Assembly (NCBI RefSeq): GCF_964204645.1 | Contig: NC_134031.1 | Span: 7,564,001 to 7,628,000 of the forward strand | Source of the DNA: Tubulanus polymorphus | Lineage: Eukaryota > Animalia > Nemertea | DNA length: 64,000 nucleotides | Reading direction: 5' to 3' | In this document: positions 39,001 to 54,000 of the stretch, in pieces | Layout: each line of letters starts with the position of its first letter | Numbering within the stretch: position 1 is the first letter of the stretch | The notes under the pieces: model-generated | Seen by the model: the letters and a program-made list of their open reading frames with translations, nothing else | Database searches by the model: none | What the model was told of the DNA's origin: nothing | Program-made: the position numbers and the translations under genes

Positions 39001-42000
39001 ATGCTATGAGGCCATAGACGTAGTTATACAACCAGTCGTATACACATCTATATTATTAATAGTGATAGCAGCCTGATTTAACTCGGTGGTTCCTGTATGT
39101 ATCTTCATGATTTTTTGCATGCTAAAAGGTATTAGCACGAGCCGGTACAACGGCTATTTCGTTAGTCGAAAACAATTACGTGGCCCCCAATAAATGATTA
39201 TGTATTACAGGCATCTCTTGCAATAGCGTGTTTTAACATCGCAATGACCGTATGCCTTCAGTCATTTATGTTCATTTGGTGTAGCACTCGACTGACCCAC
39301 TTTAGATCAAAGGTTCATCTCCCACACGGGGAATATAATTTCTTTCCTCAAAAACTACTTTTGCTTGCAACCTATAATAACTTCATTACCAGTGGCCTCC
39401 ATGGGCATGCGATATATTTAAGCCCCGAACACACTATGCGATTTTCGCTGCGAATTTACTCACGACGTATTTCGCAACGTATTTATCGCACAGCGGTGGT
39501 TTAAGCCGCAGTTCACTGGTCTCGTCAATCCAGGGTTTATGGGTCCAAACCCTGGTGGCGACAGAGTTTCTTGGTCGAAGATTCTTCTCTGGTTTCTCCC
39601 CCATTGGGAAAAAGAACCATCGAACCCGCTTATAATGCCCTGCGTTATAAAAATATTAGAGCGTGTAGAAAAATTGCACAGCGCTGAGCGGACACACCTA
39701 TGCGATCAGCTGTTAGCGACCACATGTGGAGTTCGGGGTCATATTATTAAAAAGATGGCTGCATCCAGGAAACTTAAAAATTGTTGTTGTTGTTGCTCGT
39801 CATTGATTGTCCGATTTCGAGTGGTTCGCGGCGAAATTCGCATCTCACGGACGTACTATGCGAAAATATTCGCTGTGATGAAATTCGCCGCGAATATATC
39901 AAATATGTTTGATCGGTGGGATTTTCGCATGCGACGGATCACACGCGAAAATCGCCTGCAGCCGACCGAACACACTATGAGAATTTCGCTGCGAAATCTT
40001 TAATCGCAGACGCTGTGCGAATAAAATCGCATAGTGCGTTCGGGGCTTTAGCAAGTGAAGGTCCCTATCTCCAGAGGCAAGGGAGATCATATAATAAGTT
40101 ACTAATATTCATACATTCAAAAATGCTCCTACTTAACACATAAACCACGCTTAGTATACATATCATTTGTAAATATCATTTGTAATAATGTAATGTATGT
40201 ATACTTTGTGTATAACCATAAAAAGAGCTCGCATGGAATTGAATCTCATCTTCCATGTGAATGCAGAAGAAACCTATCCTAGATATCGAATGGTCTTTAC
40301 GCTAGTATGTAAGAAATGGTTTATATCGATACACGGATTTGCTCAGAAGCTCAGAACGAGCTCAGAAGAAATTACTTTGGTCCTTTATAGGCTAATAAGT
40401 ATAATACTATTTGAAATATTGAATGTAGATTTGTAGGCACTAAGTTATTACTCTATGACTAATCTTGGAGAAATCGTTTGACTACTCCAAGTCATAGGGC
40501 CTATTTCCTTTCCTGTTCTTACATAATTTTTATATATATATATATATATAAATTATGTAAGAATCTGAAAGTATAAATGGTTGATTGCTGTAGTCCAGCA
40601 GGTCCGCTAGTGGCCAAATATGCCGGGATTAGGACGCGCCGATAAATGCGAATTATCAGTTAAGCACAGATGAGAAAGGTTCGTTATTTAACGAGCGGTT
40701 TATGACGGGATGAACTGTGAAACGCATGTATATCGACGTGACACAAGCGAAAATTGATCCCCGGTCAACGATTAACCGGGCTTAAACGTGATATCGTGTG
40801 TCGTTTGGTGCACATATAGCCTACAATAACCGACACAATCCACGCATCGATGACGCGAATATGACTGTTTAATGACGCAGCGATTCGCACGCGGCTCGTC
40901 GTATGAGTTGACGACTGACTTGTGGATGAAGGATTAGACTTATCCTAACTATCCTATCCTAGACTCAAATCAACTCTATTCCGAAAAGATTTTTCTGACC
41001 CATGTATATACCTGTAAGTCTGCACCCTTTTTGAACTAGGCTACGGTTTTCGTTGATCAAGGGGGAAGGAATATCATTCTTTTTCTAGAAAATAAAAGCC
41101 TAATGATATTAATGAAACCAAACTAACCATTATAAGGTGGATTACCAGGAGATCAAGGGATTTATATAATTCATATGTTGGCTCAGTAAAATCCTTAAAA
41201 AATGGGTTCTTAAGAGGTACTTTGTCAGCATCTTAAGGGTTTTTCCATGTCCTGCAAGCACCCTTGTTGTAGTTATACATTAAGATGTTCACGTATAATG
41301 CCATTTGGACAGAGGAGGCCCCCTTCCTCGCACAACAAACTGAGGTCATTTGCTCAGTGAATTGTTCCCAAGACACCATGGGCCAGAAAAATTGCTTTAA
41401 TCATGATAATTAATGCAGTGTCCCACTTCTGAGAGATGAAAACTTGACCAAACTACAAATGACATTCATCATTAAAAAAAACTTTGCAGGCATTAACTCC
41501 CATATTTGCTTATCAGGAAAGATACGATCAAGTTAAATTAACACATTTTCTCCAGTTTCAAAATTTGAGTGGATTAATTTCATCGTACATAGGTCATATC
41601 ATTTTGGTAAAGCGGATCATACAAAAATTGGAGGATTTCAGTCGTGTAACAATATGAAACCAGTGATCAACGATATTGAGAGAAAGAAATGTGAATAATC
41701 GATGATCAACGATATCGAGAGAAAGAAATGTGAATAATCGATGATCGACGGTATTGAGAGAAATGTGAATAATCGATGATCGACGGTATTGAGAGAAATG
41801 TGAATAATCGATGATCGACGGTATTGAGAGAAATGTGAATAATCGATGATCAACAGTTTTGGGAGAAATGTGAATAATCAATGATTGACGGTATTGAGAG
41901 AAATGTGAATAATCGATGATCGACAGTTTTGGGAGAAATGTGAATAATCAATGATTGACGGTATTGAGAGAAATGTGAATAATCGATGATCGACGGTATT

Positions 42001-45000
42001 GAGAGAAATGTGAATAATCAATGATCAACGGTATTGAGAGAAATGTGAATAATCAATGATCGACAGTATTTCTTCAGCTCTGCACTCATTCGTTGTTCGT
42101 AATCATAAAAGAAAAAATACCAATTACTTTAGCACGCGTGGGGAAGGTCAAGATCACTGCCTGCAAAGTGTCCTTGTCAAAATAGGTCGCAGTATTCTAA
42201 ATTGTTTTCTACGTAGTAGGTCACATTTGCTTAATGCGGTATCAAGGCAGCTGTCATATCAAGGAAAAATAACTGATGATATTTTTTAAGGTTTTCAATG
42301 GGCTTAGTACATAGATTCCGTGGTTGCATTTCGGACAAAAAATCTCTGATATACAGGCTGTTCTAGTTATATAACCATCTATTCCTGGTTAAGTCTGTGG
42401 TGTGACATATAAAATCAATGTCGCTTCAATCCTCTGCTAAGTCTGGGTGATAGGATGTCTGAATACTTTTATACAAAGTATGAAATGTTCATCACGAGAT
42501 ATACTGATTATATAGTTTCTATTCAATGAGAAGAACGTCAATGAAAGCGTTTGATTTAATCTAGATTACCTACGTTTGTTCAGTCGCTTGAAAAATCAAG
42601 ATTCAAAATCCCACTGAAAAAGTGGGCTAAAGGTAGGGAGGGACATATAATATATAGGGCATATTTTTTCGCCCAATTGCGATGATTAAATTCGTCAACG
42701 AATTTATACGCCAGATACGAGCGGGCACACGTAGTGATCAAACCAAAATTCGGTTAGCAAATGCCACTTAGTGTGAGAGAGTTAAGAAATCACCTGATAC
42801 CAACAATGCATTCTAATGGTTGATAAAAATTGATCGCGCGGCGGAATTCGCCAAGTGCAGGCATACAAGCGAATTTACAGACGATCCGATCACCGGTGCA
42901 TATAATCGGGCGAAAATATCAATTGATACGGGCGATTCGCTGGGCATTGAGTCGGGCGACGAAATGGTCGTTACCGTGAATGGTCACACGAGCCATTTTT
43001 GGGCGATTTATAAATTTGCCCCGATCTGGCAAAAAAATACGCTTTTGTGCCCCTACCTTAATATTCTGAGCCTGTTTTCTGGCAATCACTAAAAAACCTG
43101 TTCGTCGTATCTCGGTTTACGGATAAAGATATTTCCGACAATGACTATGTTGACAAAATGTCAAGTGGTAAACTCACAAACGGTTTGCATATTTCAGCAG
43201 ATGTGGCCAACTTATAAACACTCATTCTAGTTATGGTCATTTGAACTTTAGTATACTTTGGTACAAAATCTTGATACATAATCACATACAGTAAATAGGG
43301 CATTGACATCAATAACAACGTTCTTACATTCATATGTATGAATTACATCAATGCTGAAGATTAATCAAACACCTCTGCTTGACAAGAAAAACTGGATCTG
43401 TGGAAAAATCAGAAATATTGATATAAGTATGAAAGTCAGACAACAGAAGACAAGTCAGCGTGTCATCAAAACCAAACCATTAATCTCAAAGGTGTCATAT
43501 TCTAGCATTCCTCTCTAACTGTTTACTTATTTATTCAAAGTGAAAGAACACTTTCTCTTAAAACTGACAGAAAATAAGTTTGCAGAAGTAGGCAAACTTA
43601 TTTCCTTTTTATACCATCAAACAACTTGAGGTCATGATTTTTGCTTCGTAACCACCAAGGAACTGGCAATGCTATGCGTGTACCTACGTGAATGTTCTAT
43701 TTATTGAATGAACTCTGCCGGGGTTGAGTGCACATGCTTGAATTTGAATAAACGGCACAGCAGATAACATACGATTAGAGAAGGTTCAAGGATTCAGGCC
43801 ATCATGTTTCAATCTAATATCGCCAGCCTACGCAGAGGGACTGTGCAATTATTGCTACAGTTTGCTTATCAGCAGTAACTCAAGGACGACCACTACTGAC
43901 CCTGACACTATTATCTATTATCTACTTGAGCATCTATCATACATCTAGATGATTGAGTCAAACTCATTACCGCTATGAAAGCCGACACATTTCTCTAAAG
44001 TCTCTATTTTTTATCCCACTTTAGGTGTAAGTTACGAAAATAATGACAATCTGAGTACAGCGAGTACAGTGGGGGTATATATTCACGTAATATATATAGG
44101 CCTATATATAATCAAGCTGCAAAACAAAAGGTAGGTTAATACTGGCAAAGTAGGAAAGCTAATGCTTGCACCATTTGCGTTGACATAAAACGAAAATGAT
44201 TTTAAATTTCATGACAAGACTGCGCAGGAAAAATGCCTAAAAATCGGTGATACAACAGATAAACTGTGAAATGTTTGATTGCAGAATAATCACGAGCAAA
44301 CAGTTATCGATTATCGTGCGCTTCTGATAATACAGTACCTCCCGACTGCAAAACAATGCCCTTAAAAGTATAGCTCAATTATTTCTATACAGCCTGCTGT
44401 GTATACGAACTATCGATATTCATTATCGATCAGTGAGGGGACGTTAACCTATAGCTGCGTTCCAAAAACTATTTATAGACCGGTCTTAATGAACCTGGTC
44501 TGGTCAAAAATTTAGACCGGACTAAATTTTGCGAGCGTTCACACTGCACTTTGACACGTGGGCCCACAAGATGTCGCCATCTGCTAAATAATGAAGTCTT
44601 ACTTGATGAAGTCTTACTTCCAGATTCCAAGTAGAGCAAGACATTCTTCATTTGACCAATTCAATCCTCTGTCAGGTTTAGACAAGCTCGCGAATTCGAT
44701 TTTATTCTATCACGCTAAAACTCAAAGCGTCTTTTAAACACATGGAAGTAAAACGGATGATGATTGCGACGTACAAATATGAATATTTCTTATACTCCAA
44801 ACATTTCCATGGTAAAGGGAGGAAAAACGGTAAAAACCGTCAATAAAAGCGTTTAAAACTTAATAAACTGGACGTAGAGGTCGCGACATCTACCGCAGCA
44901 ATTCAGAATTACGATTTAGACCGAACCTGGTACCAGTTTCTGTCCACACACAGACTTAGTTCCAAACTAGACCGGTCTAATTTGGAACAGCTTTTTTGCC

Positions 45001-48000
45001 CTTGTAAACGCTTGAACGTGTGAACGCCAGTTTAGAGTAAAGTATTATTGTAAATATGTGGCTGTTAAATATTGGAGATAAAAACTATAAATTTAACGTC
45101 ATTAATATTACAAATGAGCTATTAAGTGTGGTTATCGAAAATTTAACATCTGTCCATTTTCAATAGGAGTGCCCCTAGAAAGAATCTTTCTATGTGGTCT
45201 GCTAAGTTTTTGCCTTCTTGGTGCCCTTTTTGTCAGTGTCAGGTTGCCTTGTTCCTTCCCCATACCCTCTAAAATCTACTTCGTCATGCAGCATATGTTA
45301 ATGAGTGTGAATCATCAAAAAACCTAAATTTCAGATTTTCATTTCTTATATACGTGTAATATTAAACTTCAGAATGGCTCAATGTGTAAACCCAACCCAT
45401 TGAGCATACTCAGCGTGATATGTTTGTCAAGTCGTGTCAAATGATTTAATTCAACTGTCAAATAAAACAGTTTGCACTACCATCCAACATGCCTACCACA
45501 AGGTCACCATTCTTTCTCGCCCTGTTTTCTGTTCGATTTCAAGACAATCAAACAGATATAAATTCATCGGAAACTACAACACCAGCTATACCAGCCAGAT
45601 GGCATGACAAGCATTTGGTTCATTATCAATCAACTTTGAACTGAATTGTTAGGCTTCTGAATTCATACATTATCACAGCACCCACCAAATATACTTTAAA
45701 TGAGAAATTCATCGGGACTAAATTCATTTTCAAGCTGGCCATAGGCATCTAATTTTAATCCTATAGTTTTGAATGGTATTCACTGTGCATTTGAGCACAC
45801 ATTCATAGAAATGCAACCTCGCTTGCCAGGGTTTGATCGTCTCCCACCAAAGCTCATGTGAACACAAACCCTGGCCACATATCATTACACCACCCGAGAT
45901 GTTTAGGGCGGACAGGTTGCCGCTAAGCGGCCACTAGTCTATGTGTTAAAAGCCAATCAGATGCGTTGTTTTTCAGTATTCAAAAAACGCCTAATGAAAA
46001 ACACCCAATCTGAAAACGCATAACGCCTAATTCCTAGTAACATCCAAGAAATTGACCTATATCCCTACGTGAACTAAGTAACGCACCGCTACATAGTTCA
46101 CCTAGGAGAGCGTGGAGCCCCGCTTGTTCCATCTTGGTGTTTCTTGTTGTTTCGCCGATGCTCACTTGGTTACACAACCAAAACACAATGCTAAAATCTA
46201 TGTTATCATTTCAAATTAAGGCAAGGAGTGTTATGATAATAAAAGACATTTATTTTTTATATGGAACAGTTTATTATCACTTTGTCATTCAAGGAGGTTC
46301 AGGGGGGGCTGAGATTATAATCTCTCATTGGTTTGTTAGGCCTAATTTATAAGGTTCACATAAGTGTGGTTGTGAAACGCTAAGGAGGATAATTCGAGAA
46401 AGGCTATTTTATCAGTTTTGTGTGCGTTACCTACGAGCGTTATGTATGTATTTCGCGTTATGTAAATTGCTTGCACGGCGGACATTTTTCTATCATCATC
46501 CTAAAATGCAGTTAGAGTAGTTAGTGTTCATACTATGTTCTCGTTCCGTGAAGCGTAAAACACTGACATGTATTTTCAAACTGCGATTCATTCCGTTGAT
46601 GAGTATAATTGAATTGGATTGTGAGCATCAGTAAATAGTACAGTAACAAAATTAGGTCATTTTCTAGGAATTACGCGTTGGTAGTTCTCTAAACGCGGAA
46701 AACAGAATGACAGAAGGCGGAATGGCGGAAAAGCCTAAAATTCGGTTGTGGATTATGCAGAAAACACATAGGCCTATCTATTTTATACTGAACCTGGATT
46801 TTACTGCACGCGGTAGGCCTAGCCCCGCGTGTATCAGCCGGCGCGTGTTTCAGTACGATGCTCATCAGGATAAAGCCAAGAAGTGAGTGTAGGCCCTTTA
46901 CCTCATTACAAGTAAATAGGCCTACTAATCTCGCAAATGTCCGCTCATTTAGTAGTGACTAGCCTATATGCTGTGCAGACAAATTTTCCTCAATAAATAT
47001 GCAAAGACTGACCAATCATTATCACAAAAAAATATTTCATTCCTCAACCGAGCGGAGAATGATTCATAGACTACATGTAGGGTTATTTACAAATCAAAAC
47101 AACGCAAATTACGTACCGGGTACCAGTAAGAGTAATCAATAGTACGAAATTCAATGTAGCGTAATTTAAAGGAATTCGATGGAATATCAAAATTGCAAGG
47201 ATCAAATTAAACTGTATAGAGTCTAAAATCAGTGGAAGATAAACCCACTGTATAAAAGAATTTATCGAAGGATTAAAAACAGAATTGTTAAACTGATCAA
47301 AACTGTGTGAATTTTTGAATTTTAATTAATCAATTAAGTTTTTTATCTACATTAGCGGGTTTGATCCACTGTGTGATGTTTGTAGCTAAATATAACAGAT
47401 GCATGTCTGTATGTATCTTAATTTTATGCAGTTGAGTTGACGAGGTATTGAAAATACAAGCGATTCCACCATTCCACCCTTCATAGATACTCCTCTGCTT
47501 TTCCGTTTCCGTCATTCCATTTTCCGCGTTTAGAGAACTACCATTAGGCATTTTTCGAGTACCGGTTGTTTTTTATCCGCAGGTTCCCAAGCCATGTAAC
47601 CCAATTAATTCCAAAAAACCCGCTTTTTTCTAAATCTGTGCTGCATGCATGGTTGAGTGTGATTAGTAAATGAAATGAAATTTAATTTGGCAAAAAATCA
47701 TCAAGTCCAATTCATTCAGCATAAATCATAGAAATCATTGAGGTGAGCAGAAAACAACTTATCCGAATCATTTGTTCCTGCCAACTGCCAGTGTGTTACT
47801 TTAAAAAACACAACGTACTGTGTTAATCAAATTGAAGCAGAAAGTGTATTTTGTCACGTATAACCCATAAATTGCATCATTTCATGATAAGTGAATAATA
47901 GAGAATGGCCATAGTGTCTCTGGGGCTCTTGCCCTACATTGGTTAGGTTTTCATAAATCATTGATTCATTTTTTTAAGGAGAGTTCATTCGATTTTAACA

Positions 48001-51000
48001 GAAATGCAGACGAATTTGAGAAGGCTGACCAGCACACCCAGTGGAGACTTGCGTGGAATCCACTATTGCCACAGTAGCGTTTTTTGAATGTCATGGGTCT
48101 GTAGGTTTATGTTTGGCAGGTTGAGATGGTTTGTATTGTGGGTGAAACGCGTGCACACGCAAGCACACATGTGTGTGATCGATGAATAAACACCCCAGAC
48201 AGATTCCAGGAAATACTCATAATAAAACACCCACCAAGACATGCTAATAATAAAGTAACATCTGGAAATTTGAAATGTATAGAATCGTGACATCCATCTC
48301 CACACAAGCCCCCCTCCCACTGTCTTGATTGACACAAAAATATGAATACCAGATTGTGATATTGCAAGAAATTGTGTTCCTAGCATATAAAATTGATTAA
48401 AGATGCTTTTCGAGATTGGGGACTGGAAATTGATGGTATAGACTTACGCGTACTTAGGGGATTTTCTGTTTGTTTAGAATAAAAAATGACGTAGTGTGTT
48501 GTTTACACATTTTTTTCATCGGAAACATAGGGTCACGAGCCACAAACCTTCCTTCTCAAAATCATTCATTATATTTATTCATTGTCGATTAGTTTAAACA
48601 AGAAGAAATAAGTATCAGAGATATCGTCAGGTGCACTCATACACCTATAGGCTGGCTATTGACAAGCGACACTAGCTCTCAATTGTGTCCGTAGGAGTCC
48701 GTAGGAGTCGGTAGGCGTCTAGCGGTAGCCAGGTTTACGGACTAGGGGTCCAGGGACACCACGCCCACTTGGGAAGTGGTTTCAAATGCTCTACAATCTA
48801 ACACTTTCAATATTCAATGCCCCCTGGTGACCATATACAAATATATAATATACCAATGACCTTGAAACTCACCACAATCATAGACCATGTCATGAACTAC
48901 AACTTTGCAATTGATCATGACAACAAAAATATGCCTAGGTACCAATCTAATAAGGAAATACTAAGTTATTGTACTATTCAACACCCCCTGGTGACCACAT
49001 TGAATAACTTATGTCCTTAAAACTCACCACAATCATAGACCATGTCATGAGCTACAATTTGGCAATTGATTAAGGTAACAAAATATGCATAGGTACGAAC
49101 ATGATATAGAAATACTAAGTTATTGTATTATTCATCGCCCCCTGGTGGCCATATATAAAAACCAATGACCTTGAAACTCACCAAAATCATAGAACACTTT
49201 ATGGGCTACAACTTTCTAATTGATTGTGGTAACAAATTATGCTTAGGTATCAACATAATGTGGAAAAATTTTTTCCCACCTACGAATGAGTACTGATGAC
49301 ACCAAGATGGCCGTCAATTGCGCCATAATTGGCTGATAAAAAATACCTGTAAAACTTCCCTTTCCAAAGAATACCCATCACTAATTGCAATGAGAAAAAG
49401 AAAACCAGTAGGAAGCTACAGGACTCAGAATTCGGGCAAAAAATTTTTGGGCATTTTTGGGCACTAAAAAGGTCATAGGACGGCCATCTTGAGTGCGATG
49501 GACCCAATTTTTCTTATGTTGATGAGCCCTTGAGGTATTCAAATATATACGAAAGATCAAGGTAATTGATCGAAGTGTCTTCAAAATTTCCATCAAAAAG
49601 TTCAAAAATGTGTAAAAAGTGCTGATTTTGGCGAACAACAATGGCTGCCAGTCGGCCATCTTGATTCTTCAGTTTTTGGGCTGAAGATGCATCTAGGGTA
49701 GATACATGTGTAACCTAAATATCAAGACATTACATTGAAGCGTCTTTAAAACTTCCCAAAATAACTGGATTCCGTCTAGGGACGGACGGACGACAGACGA
49801 AATGTGATCGCAATAGCCCGCTGGGACTCAAGTCCAAAGTGGGCTAAAAAAGAGGCGATTTTGAAAATTTTATTGCAATATTAGTCAATTTCTATGCGCA
49901 ATAATGCAGCGGACATATTCTTTAAGGGGAAAATGTTGCCAAATGCTGAGACTAGCGCGTCACCCCACCCTCTATCCCCCCACCCTCTATCCGCTAGTTT
50001 TGTGTCATTATTATTCTTTGTGAGAGCTAAGCTTAGATCTCCACATGCCGAGAGGTTTTCTATTCATGTGAACAAATACTGCACGCACACTTTAGCGGCT
50101 GTCGTTACAATTTTTTTCTAGGAATTACTTGATATAAATACACCCTGACGACCTTGAAGTGGTTGTTATTCGAATAAACAGCCCACAGTACTAAATACAA
50201 CTGATTACTAATCTTCTATAATCAACTTACATAATATATAACAAATTACCAATAATACAACATTTATTGATAAGTATCGGGATATCGGATATCAGCTGGT
50301 ACTAGGATACATCAAATGGAATATGATATTTTGAATGGATTGTTCTCTGAACATGACAGGCCCAGTCGGTGGGATGTTTAAAAATCCCGTGGCTTTGGGT
50401 CGAGTGCCTTTCAAATAACTATGTATCGAAACCGAATTTTGTAATTGGTATAAATAGTCGCCAAACTTATCGTAATACTTCAAAATAAATGTCCATCGAC
50501 CAACATTTCAAGACCGAAATCAAACAGCTACAATTTTTTCGAAAGGAAGTTTCTTACAATTCCATGGATTCGAATACATAAATGGGTTAATCACTAAAAT
50601 CGACCCCGAATACAATTTATATCCATAAAACGCATCAACACTGACGTTTTCGCGACTAAAGAAGCACATTCTAGGAAATACTCGTTAACAGTGGGTCTGT
50701 AACCGGGTGGACTTATGTACGTATGCATGGAATGCAGCTGCCAAATTTTTAAATCATCAATGGCAGTACACTAAGATATCTGCTGCAGTACCCGAAGGAT
50801 TATTGATCTGCACCCGTACCAGTTTCTCTCTCTCTCTCTCTCTCTCATCAGCAGATTCATACCCTGCTATAAAAGTTCAAGGTCGTATATTATGATGACT
50901 TGGAACCGAGCCAGAATTACCTTCGGTTCACAACGCTCCTTCCTGCTTTCTCTCTCCAGCTTGCTCGCTCGATATTTTTCCCCTCAATCTCATCTCGCCG

Positions 51001-54000
51001 TGATATACGGCTTAGCCTTGTACGGCGATCATGCATAGCCTTGAAATATGATAAACTGCCGCAGTTTTCATCAATCTGTTCGCGTTAAAAAGCCATTGCC
51101 AAAAACCTCAAGCTCTTAACGAAAGCGCAAAAAGCAAATTATATCATTACATTTGTCACGAATATTTTGCCTAATTCCGTCATCAAAAAATAAGTAGTAG
51201 ATAATGAATGAACTTAATCCGTATTTCTATTTTCATTCCCGCCTACATATAACCAATACCCCTGGTTGCCTTATCATCGATCAATGGAATATCTTGCAAC
51301 GACTGTGGAAATGGAATAGATCGAGCAAAACTGGGTGGTAAGAGCTCTGATGAACAGTTGGCAGAATCCGTCAAAAGCAGTATGGGTGTTCGTCCTAGGA
51401 AAATCAATACGCATGATGAATCTTCTAATTTTGAAAGTGTTTATGCACAATAGCATAAGGAATAACAGTTTCAAAGAACAAACTTTGACCTTGGATTATT
51501 TTATCCCATAGAACAGACTTCAACACTCGTAAATGTACATCGTCAGTTTTATGCAATCCCTGACGCTTATCGATGAAAGTGACTTGAGCCACGATCACAC
51601 CCAAACTATTTGGCCTATGACAGGCCTGATTCAAATTTGGCCTGTGTGCCTAATCAGAGCCCCCTCACTCACTCGTTCTAACAACTCACTCGATACTAAT
51701 AAAGAAAGCAACACGATTCGCTTTCAGAACCAGTTGAAATTCATACGCAACAATTTGACCTGTACTAAAATTTTACTCGGGAGTGGCCCGACGACTTTGG
51801 TCTGGCCAAATTTGGAACAGTTGTTCCGGACCTAATTTGGTACATGCCAGAAATGCTTGTGTGACTGCAGCTTTTGTAAAAGTTAACAAGTTAAGGGCAA
51901 AATTGATTGCAATTGACTGCAATTTTTTAAAATTCGAAGCCAACACTATTTGACAGGTAAAATCGCTTGACGTTAACATTAGCTCAACCATCGCGCCGGT
52001 GGATAACCCTCTATTGATTTTAATTTGAAAACCAAACGGTTAGATCTATACATACCCGGAACCAACTGAGTTTCAGCAATGTTAAGCTGGCAATATATTT
52101 TATAACCTTGTTGTTTTGTGAGGGTTATGCGTAAACAATATGGAAACGTTGTAAAAAAATTTCAGCAGCGTAACACGAGCCCACTGCACCGTGCTTATTC
52201 TCTAGTGTTTTTTTTTCACACTCGAGTAAAGAGCTCCCAAAGATAAAACACAACACAAATATTTATACATAAATGAACACCTCACACAACATTGTTGGTG
52301 GTACCAATGAGATCGGAGCCAAGCTCAACCTGAACGCAGAACAGTGACCGGTAATTTGCCTTCCGACAGCCAGGTAGAAAAAGTTTGTGTATACCAGTAA
52401 ACACCAACGCAGTGTTTTCCAAAAAAAGTGTTTGTCAAGTGGGGTGGACACGCTATGCAATTTTATTCGCACGTCTGTGGTTTCCAATTTGCAGGGGCAG
52501 ATCCAGGGGGTGGCTAGACCCAGCCCCTAAAAATTCTTGCCCGAGGTGTAAACCACGTGAAAAATTCGTGCTCATTTTTTCAGGCATTCGGGGATCTTCC
52601 CATGAGATATTTTTTCCAGTGGTTGCATTTCAAAGGCTCTGAGGCTATATGAGATCATAGACCAAAACCCGCCCAAACCACCACCCTATTCTGTGTAAAC
52701 CAAGGCCAAATTGTTAGCCCAGTTTACTCAAATCGAGGCTTATTTCAGAATGAATTTGCGAAATTTGAGAAAATAAATCAATCACCGGTCAAAACATATG
52801 CAATTTTTCAGAATACCTTGCCATATTGCTCGAAACAAGTGAGTCTCTTAAGATCACAACACACACACACTGATCCGGGATCCGGGCAAAGTCTTTTTAG
52901 TCACAAATTTAGACATAAGGCAACTTTTGTCTAAATCACCGATAATGACTCGTGTGACGGCCTGTAACAATCACAGGCCGCAAAGTGGCACACATTTTAT
53001 CTTGCCGCTGATTGGCTGTTTGTAATCGGATCTGTTGCTATTCACTGCACATGAGGCAACTAACTGACAGCAATCCGCCGAATTTCTAGCATGCTAGATA
53101 GTGAGCGATATTGTCGCTGGCGAATATTTGTCTAAAGAGGTTGCCAATGGCCGCGCAAAACTAGGCAATATCGCAGCTAATATTTTGCTCAAGACATAAA
53201 CTGTTGACAAGTGGTCAAGATATTTCTATGTCTGCACCGGGCTTAACACGGTTCATGTTACCGTTACATACAATATATACCTAGGAATGGGTTTTCCCCC
53301 ATAACCTTTCCTGAACTCTGGCTTCCATGAGCTACTTCATGAAGAAATGCGATCAATTTCCAAAAAATTAATTTTCCTGTCATAACTTACCACAAAAAGC
53401 TGTTTGGTTTGGTTAGAAATCTGTCTCGTTGACACTCGCCACGTGATCGGATGAGTGCTACTCAGTATAATCACCAATTTGTTTATAAACAGACCTGCAA
53501 CAGAAGCAAAACAAGAAAACTAACTTGGAAGTTTATTAATGCCTTGAAAAACAACACATAAATCATACGATATTAAGGATCAATAAAGTTATTTTGGATT
53601 TGATTTATGTCGGTAATTGAATTGAATTGACTGACAACCAGTCGAGTTCAGATGTATTGATGACGTAAGTAGTGCACATCCTCTAAAAAAAAACTATCAA
53701 AATTTTTCAAAAATAAAACTAGAGGTACGAAAATAAACGCCAAAATTCACTATTGTAACTGTTATTTTGAAGAAAATAACGCCAATACTGATGAAGTAGT
53801 GCACATCCGACTCACACAGAACCCCTAAAATAATGCATATTAAGTATCAATGTATATAAGCATTATTGCTATGGTTTCACGGGTCAAAAACAGTTTACGA
53901 AGCTTATTTCAATCGAGGCTTCGCTGTCGACGTTTGCCATATTTTCCACATTACCCATGACCTTTAACCGGAGACTGTCGGAGACAACATCGAGCACCAA

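Noticed and set aside
39539-40003. 154-aa ORF as a gene
   Set aside because: Lies entirely within a MITE plus SINE insert and has no recognisable domain.
41664-42070. 35-bp repeats as a CRISPR array, and ORFs 41594-41881 and 41638-41853 as genes
   Set aside because: Units are head-to-tail with no unique spacers, there are no cas genes, the context is eukaryotic, and the ORFs are translations of the repeat.
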